A stretch of DNA of 11,148 nt. It comes from Candidatus Jordarchaeales archaeon. Lineage in GTDB: Archaea; Asgardarchaeota; Jordiarchaeia; Jordiarchaeales; Freyrarchaeaceae. Position 1 is the first letter of the stretch; the number at the start of each line of letters is the position of its first letter. The notes under the pieces were generated by a model. The model made no database searches, was not told the DNA's origin, and saw only the letters and a program-made list of their open reading frames with translations. Of this stretch, positions 6,940-11,148 are shown piece after piece. Where the stretch lies: assembly GCA_038858525.1 (NCBI GenBank), contig JAWCFL010000051.1:1-11148 (forward strand), in the 5' to 3' direction. The position numbers and the translations under genes are program-made.

Positions 6940-6948
6940 GGATTAAAA

Positions 6949-8769
6949 ATGAGCGTCACGGTGACTTTTGAGCCTGAAGGCAGGAGAATTAGGTCACAGC
7001 CGGCAAGCATACTGGAGATAGCTAGGAACGCAGACGTCAGTTTGAGGTCTGACTGCGGCGGAAAGGGAGTCTGCGGCAAGTGCAAGGTAGTCATAACAGG
7101 TGGGAACGCGAAGCTTAACTCCCCGACGAGCGTGGAGCTGAAACACCTTAAAAGTGAAGAGCTCAGCTCAGGATACCGGCTTGCATGCCAGGCTCAAGTG
7201 GCCGGGGGCAGCCTCACAGTTCTTGTTCCGCCTGAAAGTAGGATGGCGGCGAGAAAAATTGCTGAGGTCTCTATTGAGCAGGAGGTTCCCTTGGAGCCCG
7301 CCGTGGTCAAGATCCCATTAACACTTCCCAAGCCTTCCCTTAGCGATATTAGGCCTGACTTCGAAAGGTTGAGGGATGAGCTTAGCCGTCGCGCTCCTAC
7401 CATTAAACCAGTTGACGTCGAGCTTCAGCTTCTCAAAAGGCTTCCGAGCATATTGAGGAGCGCAGACTGGAATGTGACCGCAGTCCTCTGGAACGGGAAA
7501 CTAATAGACGTGGAGGAGGGAAATACTTCAGCTGAGAATTACGGGGTCGGCTTAGACGTCGGGTCATCTAAAATAATATGTCACCTCGTCGACCTTAACT
7601 CCGGTGAGACACTGGCTAGGGGTGGAGTTGAAAACCCTCAAGTGGCGTATGGTGAAGATGTGGTTTCAAGAATAACTTACGCTTCGAGAAGTGAAGACAA
7701 CCTGAAAAGGCTTCAGAAAGTTGTGGTCGATGCGATAAACGGGCTCATCGAAGACGTCTGCGGAAAGGCGGGCGCCAGTGTGGAGAGAGTTTATGAAGCT
7801 GTCGCCGTCGGGAACACAGTGATGCATCACCTCCTCTTTGGCATAAATCCGAGGAGCGTCGGCCTCTCCCCCTTCGTTCCGGCCGTGAGGGGAACTATAA
7901 GCGCCCCGGCAAGGGAGCTCGGCGTCAAAATAAACCCGAACGGCCGCATCACAGCACTCCCAGTCATAGCGGGCTTCGTGGGGGCTGACGCCGTCGCAGA
8001 CATCCTCATCACTGGAATACACAGGAAGAGCGAGCTTAGCATGGTAATAGACGTCGGAACAAACACCGAGATAATGATAGGGAACTCCGACGCCATCTTC
8101 GCCTGCTCCGCCCCCTCCGGCCCTGCGTTTGAGGGCGCCCACATAACCCACGGAATGAAAGCTGTAACCGGAGCAATAGAAAGCGTACGCATAGAAAACG
8201 CCAGGCTTCACTACGAAGTCATAGGCGGAGCAAAGCCCAAAGGAATATGCGGAAGCGGAATGATAGAGCTAATAGCAGAACTCTACAAGGCAGGGATAAT
8301 AAAGAGGAACGGCAAACTCATCGAGGAACATGAAAGAATAATTCGCGACAAAGTGCCAGTCTTCGTAGTCGCTTGGGGTGAGGAAACCGAGAGCGGGAAA
8401 CCCGTGACCGTCACCGAGAAGGACATCAACGAGTTCCTCCTCGCCAAAGCCGCGATAAGGTCAGGCTGGCAAACCCTAATGGAGAACATGGACATAACCC
8501 CCCAGCAGCTCGACCGAATATACATAGCAGGCTCCTTCGGAAAACACATAGACGTGGAGAGCGCAAAAACAATAGGCTTACTCCCAGACGTTGAAACGGA
8601 AAAAATAGTCTTCGCAGGCGACACAGCAGTCGGCGGAGCAAAGATGGCGCTAAAATCAACCAAACTGAGAAGAGAAGCTGAGGAACTACTAGAAAAAATC
8701 CGATACGTGGAGCTCTCAATAGACAAGAAATTCTACCAGACATTCACAAAAGCTATACTTCTCCCATAG
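6949..8769 (+). CDS. ATP-dependent reductive activator of corrinoid proteins (RACE; [2Fe-2S] plus ASKHA/DUF4445; MtoD/MtvD-like), 606 aa
   Basis: N-terminal plant-type ferredoxin CGGKGVCGKC...RLACQ; ASKHA motifs LDVGSSKI, IDVGTNTE, SGPAFEG, GICGSG, IAGSFG. Confidence 0.92.
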   Translation: MSVTVTFEPEGRRIRSQPASILEIARNADVSLRSDCGGKGVCGKCKVVITGGNAKLNSPTSVELKHLKSEELSSGYRLACQAQVAGGSLTVLVPPESRMAARKIAEVSIEQEVPLEPAVVKIPLTLPKPSLSDIRPDFERLRDELSRRAPTIKPVDVELQLLKRLPSILRSADWNVTAVLWNGKLIDVEEGNTSAENYGVGLDVGSSKIICHLVDLNSGETLARGGVENPQVAYGEDVVSRITYASRSEDNLKRLQKVVVDAINGLIEDVCGKAGASVERVYEAVAVGNTVMHHLLFGINPRSVGLSPFVPAVRGTISAPARELGVKINPNGRITALPVIAGFVGADAVADILITGIHRKSELSMVIDVGTNTEIMIGNSDAIFACSAPSGPAFEGAHITHGMKAVTGAIESVRIENARLHYEVIGGAKPKGICGSGMIELIAELYKAGIIKRNGKLIEEHERIIRDKVPVFVVAWGEETESGKPVTVTEKDINEFLLAKAAIRSGWQTLMENMDITPQQLDRIYIAGSFGKHIDVESAKTIGLLPDVETEKIVFAGDTAVGGAKMALKSTKLRREAEELLEKIRYVELSIDKKFYQTFTKAILLP

Positions 8770-8776
8770 AAAACTC

Positions 8777-8804
8777 TTACCTTTTTTCTTCATGATCCAT
8801 GAGG
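8777..8804 (+). terminator. Probable operon terminator
   Basis: CTTTTTTCTT at 8781-8790, 12 nt after the stop, followed by small hairpin CTTCATG-ATC-CATGAGG (8788-8804). Confidence 0.5.
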
Positions 8805-8919
8805 CTTGTTTGGACTCGATGGTTAATGGTTAAAGTTCAATTATTTGGCTGCACGAAATTTGAGAAAGAGCCTTTTTCCACTTGTGGCTTATAAGGGGGG
8901 CTCAGAGAACGTGAAAAAC

Positions 8920-9130
8920 ATGATTCAATGGAAACCCGTTATTTCGGTAAGAGGTGCTGTTGAGAACAGGAGAACGCTTGTACTCTGACCATGTAGCTGA
9001 TGTTGTGATGAAATGAGTGGAAACTTCTTCAAGACTTTTGAGGGCGCACAGAATAACGGAGAAACATTTAGAGGCCTCGTGGGGGCAGGCTAGGCTGGTG
9101 AAAAAGCAAAAGGAGAAGCCCTTCCTTTAA
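8920..9130 (+). pseudogene. Possible eroded small gene
   Basis: MIQWKPVISVRGAV... from ATG 8920, and a second frame 8954-9130 (VLLRTGERLYSDHVADVVMK*VETSSRLLRAHRITEKHLEASWGQARLVKKQKEKPFL*) with one internal TGA. No family recognised. Confidence 0.2.
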
Positions 9131-9288
9131 AACCTAACCTTCAACCCTCCATCCTGAACCACCCAATAGTCCAGAATCCATTTTCATTAAGTAGCCACGG
9201 ACTCCCATAGCGTTTCAGCATTTTCGGGGGAAGGCTCACTCCTGTAACGAAACCCCATGAAGCGTTAAAAATGATTTTAATCGCGTTT

Positions 9289-10311
9289 TCACCACCTGTT
9301 CACGACGTACTCGGCGAATCCCACGGCTTTTCTTATTTTCACCTCTGAGCCGTCGTCAAGTACCGCTCTTCCCGTGAATCTTCCAAACACTTGGTGCTGC
9401 ACGCTTTTGAGCACCAGAAGATTCATCTTGGAGCACCTGTCCAGTATGGGCTCCATCGTCATCTCGAACCTCCCGTCGTTACTCGTGAACCTCCAGGGAT
9501 TCAAGTAGTCTTTCTGGTCGAAGTGGAAGGTTACCTGGTCAAGCTTGTGACCCCTCCCATCAACAAACACGATGTTCTCGGTTGCCGCCGAAGTGTCACC
9601 AAACCCGTAGCCTATGTTGAACCCGAAAATTCTTCCATCCTCAAGCCTGGTGGAGAGAGACCCCCAATACCACTCGCAGCTGTAGGGCCAAACGCCCCGC
9701 CCCCAGTCGAGGACGCCGAAGCAGTCCCGTCCACTGAACCGTTTCTCCTCACCACACACCACAACGCCTCCATCAGCAGGCATACAGTTAACCTTCCTGT
9801 TATAGTAAAACTGCCTCGGGCTCCTGAACGGGACAACTATCACCATGCTGTCCGCCCCTGGATCCTCGTAAAGCCTAACGTCGACGTTTAAGCCACTCCC
9901 CCTCATGAAACCTGGCCAGTCAACGAGAACATTCCTCTCCGCTCCCCTCTTAAGAAAACTCAAGCTCACACGCCCATCCTCATAGACCAAATCTCCCTCC
10001 TCAGAGCTCTTCGGAAGCCCCATACTGCCACGGGGAAGAAAAACAGTTCTGTTCTCTTGATGGAAACGCCTCCCCTCGAAGTCAAGCCAAACAGCCGAAA
10101 CCAAACCCAAATAACCCAGGTCAGCGCAAGTCAAAGCAAAACCATACTTCGAGCAGAGCACACAGTAGTAATCCCACTCCTTTACCCTCCACCACGGGGC
10201 ACGAACCCTGCTTCGATCGTAACGAAGGATAGGGCGGCGAGCCCAGCCGCGCACCCTCAGCCGACCATCAGCATCAAGAAGCTCACCTGCCTCAACAATC
10301 TCCAACTGCAA
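9289..10311 (-). CDS. DUF2804 family protein, 340 aa
   Basis: MQLEI...LLDADGRL...GWARRP, RVKEWDYY, FYYNRKVNCMP, GVLDWGRGVW...WYW, GFNIGYGF..T...EN, QHQVFGRF match DUF2804 as recalled. TTG 10311 has GGTGA 5 nt upstream. Confidence 0.85.
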   Translation of the reverse strand: MQLEIVEAGELLDADGRLRVRGWARRPILRYDRSRVRAPWWRVKEWDYYCVLCSKYGFALTCADLGYLGLVSAVWLDFEGRRFHQENRTVFLPRGSMGLPKSSEEGDLVYEDGRVSLSFLKRGAERNVLVDWPGFMRGSGLNVDVRLYEDPGADSMVIVVPFRSPRQFYYNRKVNCMPADGGVVVCGEEKRFSGRDCFGVLDWGRGVWPYSCEWYWGSLSTRLEDGRIFGFNIGYGFGDTSAATENIVFVDGRGHKLDQVTFHFDQKDYLNPWRFTSNDGRFEMTMEPILDRCSKMNLLVLKSVQHQVFGRFTGRAVLDDGSEVKIRKAVGFAEYVVNRW

Positions 10312-10396
10312 AACAATCACCAAAAACAGGTAATCAACCTAGAAACAAATAACCTTTATTCAAACAGCCAAAACTAGTAACCTGTAATCAACAAAC

Positions 10397-10404
10397 TTTA
10401 TAAA
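10397..10404. promoter_or_regulatory. Palindromic TATA box in the divergent DUF2804 / secreted-protein spacer
   Basis: Perfect TTTATAAA in a 150 bp AT-rich spacer between two divergent starts. Confidence 0.55.
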
Positions 10405-10461
10405 TAAACTGAAACATCTATTCCCTAAATGTAACGGGACTTCGGAGGGGGGGCACCCTGA

Positions 10462-11148
10462 TTGAAAAAATCGCAATGGAAAAGGCGTAAAAAATCCCTT
10501 ATTTTAACGCTAACTTTAGCACTAACTCTTTTCTTATTAACTATCCTCACACCAAACCCAATAGCCCCCCACACGGCAACAACCCTCCCTACCAAAAACA
10601 CTGCAACCATAACGGGTCAGGGGGCAGACACTAATGCCACGCTAATAATAACCGGTAATACTACAAGCCCCGGTCAGGCAGACACCGAAAGCGGCTTCAA
10701 CATACCATGCCCACAAAACTGGGGAATACTAAACACAACACTAACAATAACAAACATAACAGCACCAAGCGCAACAATAAAGACGGGAGAAAGACCTGGG
10801 AACACAAGCTCCCAGGAGATTAGTGTCAACACCTTATTAGCAATGTCCTTCAGAATTCCAACAGACACAGTGAACCTCAACCAAGTCTCAATATACATAA
10901 ATCCTTCTAGTTCTATTACTCTTAGTGTTGCAAAGACGATTACTCTTTACGTTGCGAATGCATCGTTTAATGAGTCATCGGGATTTCCGGAACCCGGATC
11001 GGCGGTATTAGCTCAAGCCAATTTGCCAGTTCCCGGTAGTGAAGGATGGCTAAACTTCTCTTTTTCCTCGGTCATTCTAAACTCCAGCAACACTTATGAT
11101 AAGACGTTCTTCGTCCTGGTTGAAGGAAGCGTGGATAAGGTCGCCTAC
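10462..11148 (+). CDS. Secreted / cell-surface glycoprotein, 3' truncated by the window (229 codons visible); absent from the ORF track
   Basis: Own translation: stop-free from TTG 10462 to the end. MKKSQWKRRKKSLILTLTLALTLFLLTILTP is a basic plus hydrophobic signal peptide/anchor; Thr/Ser/Asn-rich; 9 N-x-S/T sequons; GGAGGGGGGG upstream at 10444-10453. Confidence 0.85.
   Translation, partial: MKKSQWKRRKKSLILTLTLALTLFLLTILTPNPIAPHTATTLPTKNTATITGQGADTNATLIITGNTTSPGQADTESGFNIPCPQNWGILNTTLTITNITAPSATIKTGERPGNTSSQEISVNTLLAMSFRIPTDTVNLNQVSIYINPSSSITLSVAKTITLYVANASFNESSGFPEPGSAVLAQANLPVPGSEGWLNFSFSSVILNSSNTYDKTFFVLVEGSVDKVAY

Noticed and set aside
8767-8802. Second TAG stop (RACE) with short in-frame tail KTLTFFLHDP as another readthrough case
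   Set aside because: The tail is explained by the T-rich terminator and the protein is already full length; no independent support.
2365-10377. Numerous overlapping ORFs such as 2735-3082, 7666-8211, 8283-8726, 9391-9891 and 10057-10377
   Set aside because: Antisense or alternate-frame shadows of well-supported genes, with no recognisable motifs or RBS.
10425-10898. Minus-strand ORFs 10674-10898 and 10425-10610 lie in one frame separated by two TGA codons (selenocysteine or pseudogene?)
   Set aside because: They are the antisense shadow of the stop-free + strand secreted protein gene; the TGAs are the complement of repeated GGT CAG codon pairs.

Overview
Archaeal-type DNA (TATA-like promoters, GGAGG/GGTGA ribosome-binding sites, thermophile-like protein composition; taxon not determinable from the window). 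The centre is a compact five-gene + strand operon (2675-8769): corrinoid protein, URO-D-fold methyltransferase I, OFA-type MFS transporter, stand-alone MtrH-like methyltransferase and a [2Fe-2S]/ASKHA corrinoid reactivase. This is the parts list of an Mto/Mtv-type methyl-transfer (probable aromatic O-demethylation) system. It is preceded by an RHH regulator with an uncharacterised, possibly V4R-like C-terminal domain and a triple half-site palindrome. Left flank: MNT nucleotidyltransferase (probably after a HEPN gene), an orphan 4x[4Fe-4S] ferredoxin and a VapBC pair. Right flank: a ~520 bp gap with eroded ORFs, a DUF2804 gene, and a secreted sequon-rich protein (10462 to the window end) that the ORF track misses. 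Notable oddities are an in-frame TAG-GTG junction with a downstream hairpin between the corrinoid and methyltransferase genes, and strand-fixed A+C wobble skew with an abrupt switch. No RNA genes, CRISPR or transposase seen.
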